From Myxococcota bacterium (lineage in GTDB: Bacteria; Myxococcota_A; UBA9160; UBA4427), in contig OZ252299.1 in NCBI GenBank assembly GCA_965250285.1, forward strand, positions 1,120,001 through 1,184,000: a stretch of 64,000 nucleotides of DNA, written 5' to 3'. The translations under genes and the position numbers were made by a program. The notes under the pieces were generated by a model, which was not told the DNA's origin, made no database searches, and worked only from the letters and a program-made list of their open reading frames with translations. Each line of letters begins with the position of its first letter. Position 1 is the first letter of the stretch. Below, piece after piece: positions 9,972-22,312 of this stretch.

Positions 9972-10694
9972 TCAGTCTTTCGCGCTGCTCTGCCCGACGC
10001 GGCGGATGCCGCCCATCGAGAAGTCGAAGAGCCCACCGAGCAGCCGCGCGCGCGTCGCCGCGCGCCGCTGGGGTGGGGTCTCGGTGTACTCGGCGATGGC
10101 GGCCCAGCAGAGGCCGACGACGAGGCGGGCGGCCAGATCGGCGTCGAAGCGCTCGGCGACGGCGCTCCCGGCCGAGTCGGCGATGCGGGCGTAGTCGGTG
10201 GCGAGACTCTCGATCCAGCGCTCGCGGTTCGCTCGGAGGAACGCGCGCACGCGTGGATCGCGGCTGTCGCGCTCCTTCAGCTGGATGCGCCAGATCGAGT
10301 CGTCGGCGTCGGCCAGATCGAAGAACAGGCTCGTGCTGCGCATCGCGATGTCGCGGATCGACCGGCCCGGCGCGGGTCGATGCAGCTCGCGCAGCTCCGC
10401 GCGGAAGACGCGCGCGTGCTCGTCGAGGATCGCGAGGAGCAGCTCGGTCTTGTCGTCGAACTGGTGATAGAACGATCCCACCGAGACGCCGGCGGGCTCG
10501 AGGATGTCGTTGCGGAGGTTCACCCCCGCCAGCCCCTTGGCCGCGAAGGCCGCACGCCCGGCTTCGATCAGTCGGCGACGTGTCTCGAGGGCCGGACCGC
10601 GCCGGCGCGCCGGCGCCCCCGCACGCCCACTGACGCTTCGTCCCGCGTTCGGCCCCGCACCCCGCCCGCTGCTGCTCGTCTGCGACTTGGCCAC
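9972..10694 (-). CDS. TetR/AcrR family regulator
   Basis: RRRLIEAGRAAFAAKG...AGVSVGSFYHQFDDK HTH; start uncertain. Confidence 0.88.
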   Translation of the reverse strand: MAKSQTSSSGRGAGPNAGRSVSGRAGAPARRRGPALETRRRLIEAGRAAFAAKGLAGVNLRNDILEPAGVSVGSFYHQFDDKTELLLAILDEHARVFRAELRELHRPAPGRSIRDIAMRSTSLFFDLADADDSIWRIQLKERDSRDPRVRAFLRANRERWIESLATDYARIADSAGSAVAERFDADLAARLVVGLCWAAIAEYTETPPQRRAATRARLLGGLFDFSMGGIRRVGQSSAKD

Positions 10695-10961
10695 GGCCCG
10701 AGAGTATCCGAAATCGACAGTCGCCCGGCAGAATTCGGCGTTGGCCCGGTTCGGGAGCGCGCTCAGGTGGGCGAGACCCGCCCATCTGGCGTGAAGCCGC
10801 GATCAAAGCGATCTTGGTGTGCGCGCGTTGGGTGCCGGGACGCGGTCGAGTCCCAGCGCCGTCGACGGCGCGCTCGAGCGCCGGCGACCCGACTTCGAAG
10901 CAGCGTCTGCGGTGCAAGCCGCGGCGGAGCCCGGGGTAGTCGTCGAGCCAAAGGGGGGATC

Positions 10962-13616
<2,655 letters not shown>

Positions 13617-13656
13617 GTCGTGAGCATGAGCCACGGACACGCGTGGGGGCTGAACC

Positions 13657-13765
13657 GATGAGCCGCGAGACCGAGGTCCGTGCGCGGGCCCGTCGACTGA
13701 TCGAGGTCGCCCGTCTGTCGTGGCGGAGGCGGGGGTGATGAGCCGCGAGATCGAGGTCCGCGTGC
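13657..13765. repeat. Duplicated 5' end of the E2-like gene (80-bp spacing)
   Basis: gatgagccgcgaga(c/t)cgaggtccg at 13657 and 13737. Confidence 0.85.
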
Positions 13766-14922
13766 CCGACATCGGTGACTTCGAGGCGGTCGACGTCGTC
13801 GAGATCCTCGTCGCGCCCGGCGACCGGGTCGCCATCGAAGACCCGCTGGTCAGTCTCGAGAGCGACAAGGCGACGATGGAAGTGCCGAGCCCGGTCGCGG
13901 GCGAAGTGCGTGCGGTCAAGGTCGCGCTCGGTGATGCGGTGAGCGAAGGCTCGCTGCTCGTCGTCGTCGCGGGGAGCGAAGCGGCCGAGCCGGCGCCGGC
14001 CGAAGCGGTGGCCGCGCCGCCGCCCGCCCCGATCGAGCCGAGCCTCGAGTCGAGCGAGGCGACCGCGCCGGCAGCGTCTTCGCCCGCGTCTCCGCCGCTC
14101 GCGCGCTTCGCGCACCCTGCGCCGGCTGAGCCGATGGCTCCGGCCCCGGGCGTCGACCGTCCCGTTCGGTCGCACGCAGGGCCAGGGGTGCGGCGCTTCG
14201 CGCGCGAGCTGGGCGTCGACCTGGCGGGCGTCGAGGGCAGCGGCCCGCACGGCCGCGTGCTCGAAGGCGATCTCAAGCACCACGTGCGCTCGACCTTCGA
14301 ATCGGGCGGGGCCCGCGGCGGAGCGGCCATCGCGGGCTACGAGCGCAGCGCCGACGTCACCGACCTCGAAGCGTGGCGCAGGCGCATTCCGACCCCGAAA
14401 GGTGAAACCGCGCCGCCGACGGCGGCCGTGGTGTTGAAGGCGGCGATCGCCGCACTGCGGGCCTTCCCCGAGCTCGGCGGGGTCGAGGAGGGGCGGCCTC
14501 TGGTCGTGGCGGTCGACGGCGCCGCGGTCGGGGGCACGACGCAGCCCGCCCTCGTCGCGCAGGCCGATCTGCTCGGTGTTCGCGAGCTCGCGCAGGCGCT
14601 GGATACGCCGGCCGAGACGGCCGCCGGGATCGATCCCGTGTTTCGGCTGACGACCGACGAGGGGCGCGGCGGACGGCGCCTGCAGCCGGTGCGGGGCGCG
14701 CGCGAACGCTTCGCGCTCGCGGTGGGGCCCGTCGAGGTCGTGCCGCACTGGACGGGCTCGGCCGACGACGCCATCGAGCCCGACTCGACCGCGGGCTTCG
14801 AGCCGAGGCTCTCGATCCCGATCGCCGTCGATGTGGCCCCCGACGTCGCGCCCGAGCTCGCCGATCGGTTCCTCGACCACTGGGCCGAGATCCTCTCGGC
14901 CCCCGCAAGGCTGCTGCTCTAG
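13738..14922 (+). CDS. AceF-like protein: lipoyl domain + peripheral subunit-binding domain + degenerate acyltransferase domain
   Basis: LESDKATMEVPSP lipoyl Lys; HAGPGVRRFARELGVDL..V.GSGPHGRV; C-terminal domain lacks DHR..DG. Confidence 0.85.
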   Translation: MSREIEVRVPDIGDFEAVDVVEILVAPGDRVAIEDPLVSLESDKATMEVPSPVAGEVRAVKVALGDAVSEGSLLVVVAGSEAAEPAPAEAVAAPPPAPIEPSLESSEATAPAASSPASPPLARFAHPAPAEPMAPAPGVDRPVRSHAGPGVRRFARELGVDLAGVEGSGPHGRVLEGDLKHHVRSTFESGGARGGAAIAGYERSADVTDLEAWRRRIPTPKGETAPPTAAVVLKAAIAALRAFPELGGVEEGRPLVVAVDGAAVGGTTQPALVAQADLLGVRELAQALDTPAETAAGIDPVFRLTTDEGRGGRRLQPVRGARERFALAVGPVEVVPHWTGSADDAIEPDSTAGFEPRLSIPIAVDVAPDVAPELADRFLDHWAEILSAPARLLL

Positions 14923-15034
14923 CCGTCTCGCGATCGCGCGGCCGGCCACTCGACGGTGCGCCCGAACGACCCACTCGCCGGGCGCAGCGGGCCCGGTTGC
15001 ACCGCTCCGGGTGAGCCGGCACAGTCGCGCCCCC

Positions 15035-15739
15035 ATGAGCGAGCTCGGATCGGCCATGTGGAAGGCGCTGGGTCTCGTCGCGGGGCTCGACGCCGAATTC
15101 CTCGAGATCGTCGCGCGGTCGATGCAGCTGAGCCTCGTCGCCCTGGCGCTCGCGTGCGTCGTGGCGCTGCCGCTCGGCGCGGCCCTCGCCCTGGCGCGCT
15201 TTCCCGGCCGGGGCGCGATCGTCGTTCTGTTGAATGCCTCGATGGGCCTGCCGCCCGTCGTGATCGGCGTCTTCGTCTACCTGCTGCTCTCGCGCTCGGG
15301 CCCTTTGGGCGGGCTCGGCTGGCTGTTCACGATGAAGGCGATGATCGTCGTTCAGTTCATCCTGATCACGCCGATCATCGCTTCACTGACGCGCCAGACG
15401 ATCGAGGATCTCTGGGGCGAGTATCGCGAGCTGCTGACCAGCCTCGGCGCCTCGAAGCGTCAGTCGATCCCGACGCTGCTCTACGACGGTCGGCACCGAC
15501 TGACGACGGGGGTGCTCGCCGGCTTCGGGCGGGCGATCGGCGAGGTCGGCGGCATCATCATCGTCGGGGGCAACATCGCCCACGCAACGCGCGTGATGAC
15601 GACGGCCATCGCCATGCAGACGAGCAAGGGCGATCTCGAGCTGGCCCTCGCGCTCGGCCTCGTGTTGCTCGCGCTCGCCGTGGCGGTCAACGCCCTCGCC
15701 GCCTGGCTCACGCGTCGCACCGCCGAGGTGTCGGGATGA
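15035..15739 (+). CDS. tupB: Tungstate ABC transporter permease
   Basis: MGLPPVVIG, SRSGPLG, FGRAIGEVG..IIVGGNI...TRVMTTAI. Confidence 0.9.
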   Translation: MSELGSAMWKALGLVAGLDAEFLEIVARSMQLSLVALALACVVALPLGAALALARFPGRGAIVVLLNASMGLPPVVIGVFVYLLLSRSGPLGGLGWLFTMKAMIVVQFILITPIIASLTRQTIEDLWGEYRELLTSLGASKRQSIPTLLYDGRHRLTTGVLAGFGRAIGEVGGIIIVGGNIAHATRVMTTAIAMQTSKGDLELALALGLVLLALAVAVNALAAWLTRRTAEVSG

Positions 15740-16461
15740 GCGGCGGCGACGGGATCCTGCCGCTGCGCTTCGCTTCGGTCGGCTTCGAAGCCGGCGGCCG
15801 CGAGCTGCTCGGCGACATCGACTTCGAGGTCGAGCGCGGCCGGCCCGTCGTGGTGCTCGGCCCAAACGGCGCGGGCAAGAGCCTGCTGCTTCGCCTCGCG
15901 CACGGGTTGATTGAGCCATCGCGCGGCCGGGTCGAATGGCAGGGACCGCAGGGCGACCGCGCCGGCCCGGCGCAGGCCATGGTGTTCGCCGAGGCCGTGT
16001 TGCTGCGTCGGTCGGTGGCCGCGAACGTCGCGCACGCGCTCGGCGTGCGCGGGATCTCGGCGCCCGAGCGCCAGGCGCGCACCCGGCGCGTGCTGGCCGA
16101 CACGGGCCTCGAGGGCCGCGCGGCGCAGCCCGCACGATCGCTCTCGACGGGCGAGAAGCAGCGGCTCGCACTCGCGCGGGCCTGGGCGCTCGAGCCCGAG
16201 GTGCTCTTTCTCGACGAGCCGACAGGCTCTCTCGACCCGGCAGCGACAGCGCAAGTCGAGTCGATCGTCGAACGCCTCGCGGCCGAGGGGCGTCAGATCG
16301 TGATGACGACGCACGATCTCGGGCAGGCGCGGCGCATTGCGGGGCGTGTGCTCTTTCTGCATCGTGGGCGCCTCGTCGAAGACGCGCCGGCCGATGCGTT
16401 CTTCGATGCACCGGCGAGCGACGAGGCGCGTGCCTTCCTCGCCGGCGATCTCGTCTGGTAG
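15736..16461 (+). CDS. tupC: Tungstate ABC transporter ATP-binding protein
   Basis: GPNGAGKS, LSTGEKQR, FLDEPT; ATGA overlap with tupB. Confidence 0.88.
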   Translation: MSGGDGILPLRFASVGFEAGGRELLGDIDFEVERGRPVVVLGPNGAGKSLLLRLAHGLIEPSRGRVEWQGPQGDRAGPAQAMVFAEAVLLRRSVAANVAHALGVRGISAPERQARTRRVLADTGLEGRAAQPARSLSTGEKQRLALARAWALEPEVLFLDEPTGSLDPAATAQVESIVERLAAEGRQIVMTTHDLGQARRIAGRVLFLHRGRLVEDAPADAFFDAPASDEARAFLAGDLVW

Positions 16462-16532
16462 GGGGCCGCCGAGCGGACCGCTCGAAAGCTCGAACGCCAA
16501 AGCAGGAAAGGTTCGACCCGGTGTCGCTTCGT

Positions 16533-17429
16533 ATGCTCCTCTCGATTCGTGTGGCCCTGATCGCGTGTGCCTCGCTCGCCGTCTTCGCTTCGGCTCGGGC
16601 CGACGACACGCAGACGCTCACCCTCGCGAGCACCACCTCGACCGAGAACTCGGGGCTCCTCGGCTATCTGTTGCCGAAGTTCACCGAGCAGACCGGTATC
16701 GACGTGCGGGTCGTCGCAGTCGGGACCGGCGCGGCGCTCGAGCTCGGGCGCAACGGCGATGCCGACGTCTTGCTCGTGCACGACACCGAGTCGGAGGAGG
16801 CCTTCGTCGAAGCAGGGCACGGCGTCGAGCGCGTCGACGTGATGTACAACGACTTCGTCCTCGTGGGGCCGAAGGACGACCCGGCCAAGATCGTCGACAA
16901 GGGCGGGGCGCAGATCACCGTCTCGTTGCGGCGGATCTACTACACGCGCGTGCCCTTCGTCTCTCGCGGAGACGACTCGGGGACCCACAAGGCCGAGCGG
17001 CGCATGTGGCGGCGCTCGGGCAAGAATCCGGTCGCCGGTCGCGACGCGTGGTACCGAGAGACCGGCTCGGGGATGGGGGCCGCGCTCAATACGGCCAATG
17101 CGATGGGGGCGTACACGATCAGCGATCGCGGTACGTGGATCTCGTTCCGCAATCGCGGTGACATGAAGATCGTGATCGAAGGCGACCCGCCGCTCTTCAA
17201 CCCGTACGGCGTGATCCTGGTCAACCCCGAGAAGCACCCGCACGTGAAGGCCGAGGCGGGGCAGGCGTTGATCGACTGGCTCGTGAGCGACGCCGGGCAG
17301 AAGGCCATCGGCGAGTTCCAGGTCGAGGGAGAGGTGCTCTTCCACCCGAACGCGAAGCCGGCGGGCGAGGAGGCGGGGGCACCCACTCCGCCTCCTCCTG
17401 CGCCGAAGCCGAGCGGCGAGGCGGGTTGA
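16533..17429 (+). CDS. tupA: Tungstate-binding periplasmic protein
   Basis: signal peptide, ASTTSTENSGLL, VGTGAAL, YNDF, SRGDDSGTHKAE. Confidence 0.9.
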   Translation: MLLSIRVALIACASLAVFASARADDTQTLTLASTTSTENSGLLGYLLPKFTEQTGIDVRVVAVGTGAALELGRNGDADVLLVHDTESEEAFVEAGHGVERVDVMYNDFVLVGPKDDPAKIVDKGGAQITVSLRRIYYTRVPFVSRGDDSGTHKAERRMWRRSGKNPVAGRDAWYRETGSGMGAALNTANAMGAYTISDRGTWISFRNRGDMKIVIEGDPPLFNPYGVILVNPEKHPHVKAEAGQALIDWLVSDAGQKAIGEFQVEGEVLFHPNAKPAGEEAGAPTPPPPAPKPSGEAG

Positions 17430-17480
17430 GACGCCCGGCGGGCCCATCCGGCCGGCACGGCCTGAGCGGCAGTCGACCCC

Positions 17481-18311
17481 TCAGTCCTCGTACTTCGCGG
17501 GTCGCTTCTCGAGGTTCGAGCGTACGGCCTCGATCTGGTTCGGCTTGCCGATCAGGCCGACCTGCAGCTTGGCCTCGAGTGCCAGCCCGTCGGCGACGTC
17601 GAGATCGCGCGTCTCGTTGAGCAGCTGCTTGCTCGCCCGGACGGCCGAAGGCGACTTCGAGGCGATCGTCTGCGCGAGCTCGAGGGCGTCGTCGAGCGGG
17701 CGCTCCGAGACCTTGGTCGCGAGACCCAGCTCGACCGCCTCGGGGCCCTCGACGATGCGGCCGGTGAACGTCAGGTCCTTCGCGACGTCGAGGCGAACGA
17801 GATTGCGGAGCGTCTGCGTGGCCGACATGTCCGGCACGAGCCCCCATTTGATCTCCATGACCGACATGCGCGCATCGGGCGCGACGAAGCGAATGTCGGC
17901 GCCGAGCGCGATCTGCAGTCCGCCGCCGTACGCGACCCCGTGGATCGCCGCGATCACGGGCTGCGGCACCTCCTGCCAGATCCAGGCGGGGGTCTGCGCC
18001 GTGTTCGCCGGCGTGTCGTCGAGCGTCTGCAGCAGGTTGAGCCCAGGCTTCTTGTCGCCGGTGTCGGCCTTCTCTTGTTGGCCCCCCGCGTTGCCCATGG
18101 CCGCGAAGTTGCTGAAGTCGAGGCCAGCGCAGAAGCCGCGGCCCTCGCCCGACAGCACGATCGCGCGGACGCTGTCGTCGGCTGCGAGCTGTCGACCGGC
18201 CTCGGCGAGGGCGACGAACATGTCGCTGTCGAGCGCGTTCATCTTGTCGGGGCGGGCGAGTCGGACGTCGGCGACGCCGTCCTGGATCGAGATGCGCACG
18301 CGGTCGGACAT
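17481..18311 (-). CDS. Enoyl-CoA hydratase/crotonase family protein
   Basis: RPDKMNAL, FCAGLDF, AYGGGLQIALGADIR, EIKWGLVPD. Confidence 0.93.
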   Translation of the reverse strand: MSDRVRISIQDGVADVRLARPDKMNALDSDMFVALAEAGRQLAADDSVRAIVLSGEGRGFCAGLDFSNFAAMGNAGGQQEKADTGDKKPGLNLLQTLDDTPANTAQTPAWIWQEVPQPVIAAIHGVAYGGGLQIALGADIRFVAPDARMSVMEIKWGLVPDMSATQTLRNLVRLDVAKDLTFTGRIVEGPEAVELGLATKVSERPLDDALELAQTIASKSPSAVRASKQLLNETRDLDVADGLALEAKLQVGLIGKPNQIEAVRSNLEKRPAKYED

Positions 18312-18580
18312 GGGGACTCCTCGGTGGTGATCGCGCGGGGGCGATCCGCGCAGGGCCGGGCACGGGGCGCGGCCCGAGAGTGGGGGCAGGGGGCCTGCCG
18401 GGCGGTCGCCAAGCATACCGGATGGGTCGGGCGCGATCCGGGCCCATGTGGGCGCGCACATGGGGCCCCGTGTCCCGATTCGGGGATTCGGGGCCCGAAC
18501 CCGGTCGCCGAGCCCGCGATCACCGGGCCGGGCGGCGCGGTCGCCTCAATCTCGACCCGGGCTCGACCGATGAACCCCCC

Positions 18581-19870
18581 ATGGCTGCTGCACCCCGAAT
18601 TCAAGCTGCTGGTCCCCGAGACTCGGCCGAGCCCGCCCACGGCGCGCTTCCGACGCTCCCCGAAGTCTGCACCGAGATCGAAAGCTGCTTCGACCGCCAC
18701 GGTGCGCTCGGCGTGTTGGTGATCGACGCCCACTCGCTGCACGGCGTCGAGCAGAAGCACGGCGACCGGGCCCGGCTCGAAGTGCTGCATGCGCTCGCGG
18801 CGCTCGTGCACGGGATTCGAGAAGATCGGCTCGAGGGAGATGACCTGGTCGTCCTCGGCGAGATGGGCCGCAACGAAGTCATCGTCCTCTTCTTTCGCGA
18901 GCCGACGAGCGCGGCCTTCTACCGACAGGCGATGCCCGGCTTCGACCAGACCCTGCGCCGACGCCTCGAAGAGCGCGGCGGCAAGGATTTCTACCCCTAC
19001 CTGAGAGGCACCCCCACGCTCTGGACCGGCATGTCGGTGGGCATCCGCAACCCGCAGTACAGCGTGCCGACGCAGCTTCGGCAGCTGGTCGAAGAGGCGC
19101 GCGCCGATGCCGATCTGAGCCGACGCTTCGCTGCCCGTGAGAGCAAGCAGCAGATCAGTGAGCTGATCCTCGACCACGGCATCTACTCGGTCTACGAACC
19201 CATCGTCGACGTGTCGACGCGCACCGTCTTCGCGTATGAGGCGCTCGCGCGCGGACCGCAGGGGACGCCGTTCCACTCGCCGGCCGCGCTCTTCGGTGCG
19301 GCCGCGAAGCACGACCTCGTGTTCGAGCTCGACTGTGTCTGTCGCATGTCGGGGCTGCGCGGCGCGATCGACTTTCCCGAGGACACGAAGCTCTTCCTGA
19401 ACGTGCTGCCGACGTCGATCCACGACCCGAACTTTCGCACGGACCGGCTGATCCAGACGCTCGCCGAGTGCCAGCTGCGCCCGACCGATGTGGTCTTCGA
19501 GATCAGCGAGCAGGAGTCGATCCGCGACCTCGCCGCGTTCCGCGACCTGCGGGACGAGTACCGCGCCCTGGGTTTTCAGTTTGCGCTCGACGACACCGGC
19601 GCGGGCTACGCGGGGCTCGAGGAGATCGTCGAGCTGCAGCCCGAGTTCATCAAGATGGACCGCAACATGGTCTCGGGCATCGACGAAGACCCCGCCCGTC
19701 AGGAGGTGCTGACGGCGCTGCTGACGGTCGCCGAGAAGATGGGCTCGAAGGTCATCGGCGAGGGCCTCGACCGCCTGGAAGAGCTCGAGATGCTCGGCCA
19801 GCTCGGCATCCACTTCGGGCAGGGCTGGCTCTTTGGGCACCCGACGCCGCTCCGCGCTTCCGATCGCTGA
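18581..19870 (+). CDS. EAL-domain c-di-GMP phosphodiesterase with degenerate GGDEF-like N-terminal domain
   Basis: YEALARGP, LFLNV, FEISE, ALDDTGAGY, IKMDR, EG; N-part has GEMGRNEVIV in place of GGDEF. Confidence 0.88.
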   Translation: MAAAPRIQAAGPRDSAEPAHGALPTLPEVCTEIESCFDRHGALGVLVIDAHSLHGVEQKHGDRARLEVLHALAALVHGIREDRLEGDDLVVLGEMGRNEVIVLFFREPTSAAFYRQAMPGFDQTLRRRLEERGGKDFYPYLRGTPTLWTGMSVGIRNPQYSVPTQLRQLVEEARADADLSRRFAARESKQQISELILDHGIYSVYEPIVDVSTRTVFAYEALARGPQGTPFHSPAALFGAAAKHDLVFELDCVCRMSGLRGAIDFPEDTKLFLNVLPTSIHDPNFRTDRLIQTLAECQLRPTDVVFEISEQESIRDLAAFRDLRDEYRALGFQFALDDTGAGYAGLEEIVELQPEFIKMDRNMVSGIDEDPARQEVLTALLTVAEKMGSKVIGEGLDRLEELEMLGQLGIHFGQGWLFGHPTPLRASDR

Positions 19871-19876
19871 GTTCGA

Positions 19877-20488
19877 TCAGCCCCTTCGGTACTCGAGCAG
19901 CAGATTGTTCGCCGGCATCGCGTGACGGGCGCTGCGCGTCAGCCCGTTCGTTTCGGCCAGCGCATCGACGCGGTCGAGTGAGCGAATGCCCCACGCCGGG
20001 TCGCGGCTGCGCAGGCTCTCGTCGAACGACAGGTTCGAGGGCGCCGTCTCGACGTCGCTCTCGAGGAACGGCCCGTAGAGCACGAGCCCACCCCCCGGCT
20101 CGAGCAGCCGCCCGGCGCCCGCCAGCAAACCCTCGCACGCCGCAATCGGTGCGATGTGGATCATGTTCGCGCAGAGGATCACGTCGATGGGCCTCAGGTC
20201 GGCGCTCCAATCGGACTCGGTCGTGTCGACCAAACGCGCGGGGCGGACATTCTCGAGACCGAGGTGACTCACCCATGCATCGATGCTCGCGACGTGCTCC
20301 ACCTCGAGATCGCTCGGTTGGAAGACCGCGTCGGGAACCGCCTCGGCGAAGTGCACGATGTGCTCGCCGCTGCCCGACGCGATCTCGAGGACGCGCATGT
20401 CGGCCGAGAGCAGTGGCCGTAGGCGCTCGAGGATGGGTGCTCGGTTGCGCTCGGTCGCGGGAAAGTGGAGTCGAGCGTCGTCGCTCAT
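19877..20488 (-). CDS. DUF938 SAM-dependent methyltransferase
   Basis: ATERNRAPIL, LEIASGSGEH, NMIHI, YGPF, MPANN. Confidence 0.92.
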   Translation of the reverse strand: MSDDARLHFPATERNRAPILERLRPLLSADMRVLEIASGSGEHIVHFAEAVPDAVFQPSDLEVEHVASIDAWVSHLGLENVRPARLVDTTESDWSADLRPIDVILCANMIHIAPIAACEGLLAGAGRLLEPGGGLVLYGPFLESDVETAPSNLSFDESLRSRDPAWGIRSLDRVDALAETNGLTRSARHAMPANNLLLEYRRG

Positions 20489-21393
20489 CGACGCGGATCG
20501 GTCGCGCGGGCGACTTCGCGGTCGAGGAAGTCGACCACGGCAGCACTGAACTTGTCGTTGCGATCGCCCGCGACCATGTGCCCGGCACCGGTGACGTCGA
20601 CGAACTTCGCATGGGGCGCCTGAGCGAGGAACGTCTTGGCGTTCTCTTCGCTCAGCAGATCGGATTGCCGGCCGCGCACGAGCAGGGTCGGAACGACGAG
20701 CCCCTCGGCCGACGCATCGAGCAGGTTCAGGTCGTCCTGGTGATCCTCGTACTCGTCGAATCGGCCCTCGATGAACGCGGGATCCCAGTGCCAGCGGTAG
20801 CGACCGTCCTCGCGCATCCGGAGGTTCTTCTTGAGCCCGTCGAGGTTCTTGGGGCGCGGGCGGTGCGGGTTGTAGGTCGCGATGGCGTCGGCCGCCTCTT
20901 CGAGGTTCTCGAAGCCTTCGGGCTTCTGGCGCATGAACTCGATGATGCGCCGTGCCCCCGACTCCTCCATGCGCGACGCGATGTCGACGAGGACGAGCGC
21001 CCGGGCCCGGCGTTCGGGCTCGCCTGCGCGCTGTGACTCACCGAGCGCCAGCAGGCTCGAGATGCCGCCGAGGCTCGCGCCGACGAGCACCGGCTTCAGG
21101 TCGAAGGCGTCGGCCACCGCGGCGGTGTCTGCGGCGAACGCGCGGTGCCGGTAGTCGCCGTCCGGGGCCCACTCGCTATCGCCGTGGCCGCGCAGATCCA
21201 TCGCGATCGCATGCCAACCATGCCTTGCAAGCACCTCGCCGGTGCCCGACCAGGCGTGCCGCGTCTGGCCGCCGCCGTGGAGCAGCAAGACAGGCGGCGC
21301 CTCGGGCTCGCCCCAGGCATCCGCCGCGAGGGCGAGGCCCGTGGCCCCGCGCAGGGTGATCGATCGCTTTTCGAGGGTCGAGGCGTCGGTCAT
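20485..21393 (-). CDS. Alpha/beta hydrolase
   Basis: LHGGGQTRHAW, GASLGG, WHWDP, AGHMVAGDRND. Confidence 0.9.
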   Translation of the reverse strand: MTDASTLEKRSITLRGATGLALAADAWGEPEAPPVLLLHGGGQTRHAWSGTGEVLARHGWHAIAMDLRGHGDSEWAPDGDYRHRAFAADTAAVADAFDLKPVLVGASLGGISSLLALGESQRAGEPERRARALVLVDIASRMEESGARRIIEFMRQKPEGFENLEEAADAIATYNPHRPRPKNLDGLKKNLRMREDGRYRWHWDPAFIEGRFDEYEDHQDDLNLLDASAEGLVVPTLLVRGRQSDLLSEENAKTFLAQAPHAKFVDVTGAGHMVAGDRNDKFSAAVVDFLDREVARATDPRR

Positions 21394-21418
21394 CGGTCCT
21401 TCTTCGGCCGGGTCGAGC

Positions 21419-22261
21419 TCAGGCGGGCAGGCCGACCATGTCGGCGCTCAGCTTCCAGAGTCGCTCGGCAGCGTCGTCGTCGAGGGCGAGGTCGGTGGGG
21501 CGCTTGGGCTTCTCGTTCTGAAAGTACAACCCCGTCGTGTCAGCGAGCTCGGGCGACGTGCAGAGATGGATCGACGTCCTGGCGCCGTCGGCGGGCGAGC
21601 GCAGGAAGAACTTGGTCAGTGGGTGGATGAGCTTGAAGAGCCAGCCATTGTCTTGACCGAGATTCGTGTCGACGGCGCCGGGGTGCAGGCAGTTGACGGT
21701 CACGTCGTCGCCTTCGACGCGCGTCGCGAGCGCTCGGGTGAACAAGATGTTGGCGAGCTTCGAGTTGCCGTAGACGCGCATGCCCGAGAAAGACCGCTCG
21801 CTCTGGAGGTCGTCGAAATCCCAGCTCGCGAAGCGGTGCGCCTCGCTCGACACGTTGACGACCCGCGCGCCGGGCGTCTCGACGAGACGGTCGAGCAGCA
21901 GTCGGGTCAGCAGGTAGTACGCCAGGTGGTTGGTGCCGAACATCGCCTCGAAGCCGTCATCGGTGGTCTTGCGCGAGAGCAGCACGATGCCGGCGTTGTT
22001 GAGGAGCACGTCGATCCGCGGGCAGGCGTCGAGCAGCTCGGGCGCGACGGCCCGGATGTCGTCGAGCCGCGAGAGGTCGGCGCGGTGCACGCTGATCTCG
22101 GCCCCGGGGCGATCGGCGAGCAGCTCGGCGCGCACCTGGTCGGCTTTCTCGGTACTGCGCGCGACGAGCGCCAGCCTTGCGCCGGCGCGGCTGAGCGCAT
22201 CGACCGTCGCGCGACCGATCCCCGACGTCGCGCCGGTGACGACGCAGGTCTTGCCGCTCAT
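21419..22261 (-). CDS. Short-chain dehydrogenase/reductase (retinol dehydrogenase-like)
   Basis: TGATSGIG, NNAG, YGNSK, LHPGAV. Confidence 0.92.
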   Translation of the reverse strand: MSGKTCVVTGATSGIGRATVDALSRAGARLALVARSTEKADQVRAELLADRPGAEISVHRADLSRLDDIRAVAPELLDACPRIDVLLNNAGIVLLSRKTTDDGFEAMFGTNHLAYYLLTRLLLDRLVETPGARVVNVSSEAHRFASWDFDDLQSERSFSGMRVYGNSKLANILFTRALATRVEGDDVTVNCLHPGAVDTNLGQDNGWLFKLIHPLTKFFLRSPADGARTSIHLCTSPELADTTGLYFQNEKPKRPTDLALDDDAAERLWKLSADMVGLPA

Positions 22262-22312
22262 GTCCAAGCCGATCTCCTCCCGCTGCACGCGACGAACTCG
22301 GCGGTGCAGCGG

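Noticed and set aside
9210..10961. Apparent ~580-aa N-terminal extension of AceE (1468-aa ORF)
   Set aside because: Antisense to the Hsp70 and TetR genes; AceE homology and the RBS begin at 10962
14923..15034. Moco/Wco riboswitch upstream of tupB
   Set aside because: No recognisable conserved riboswitch motifs by eye
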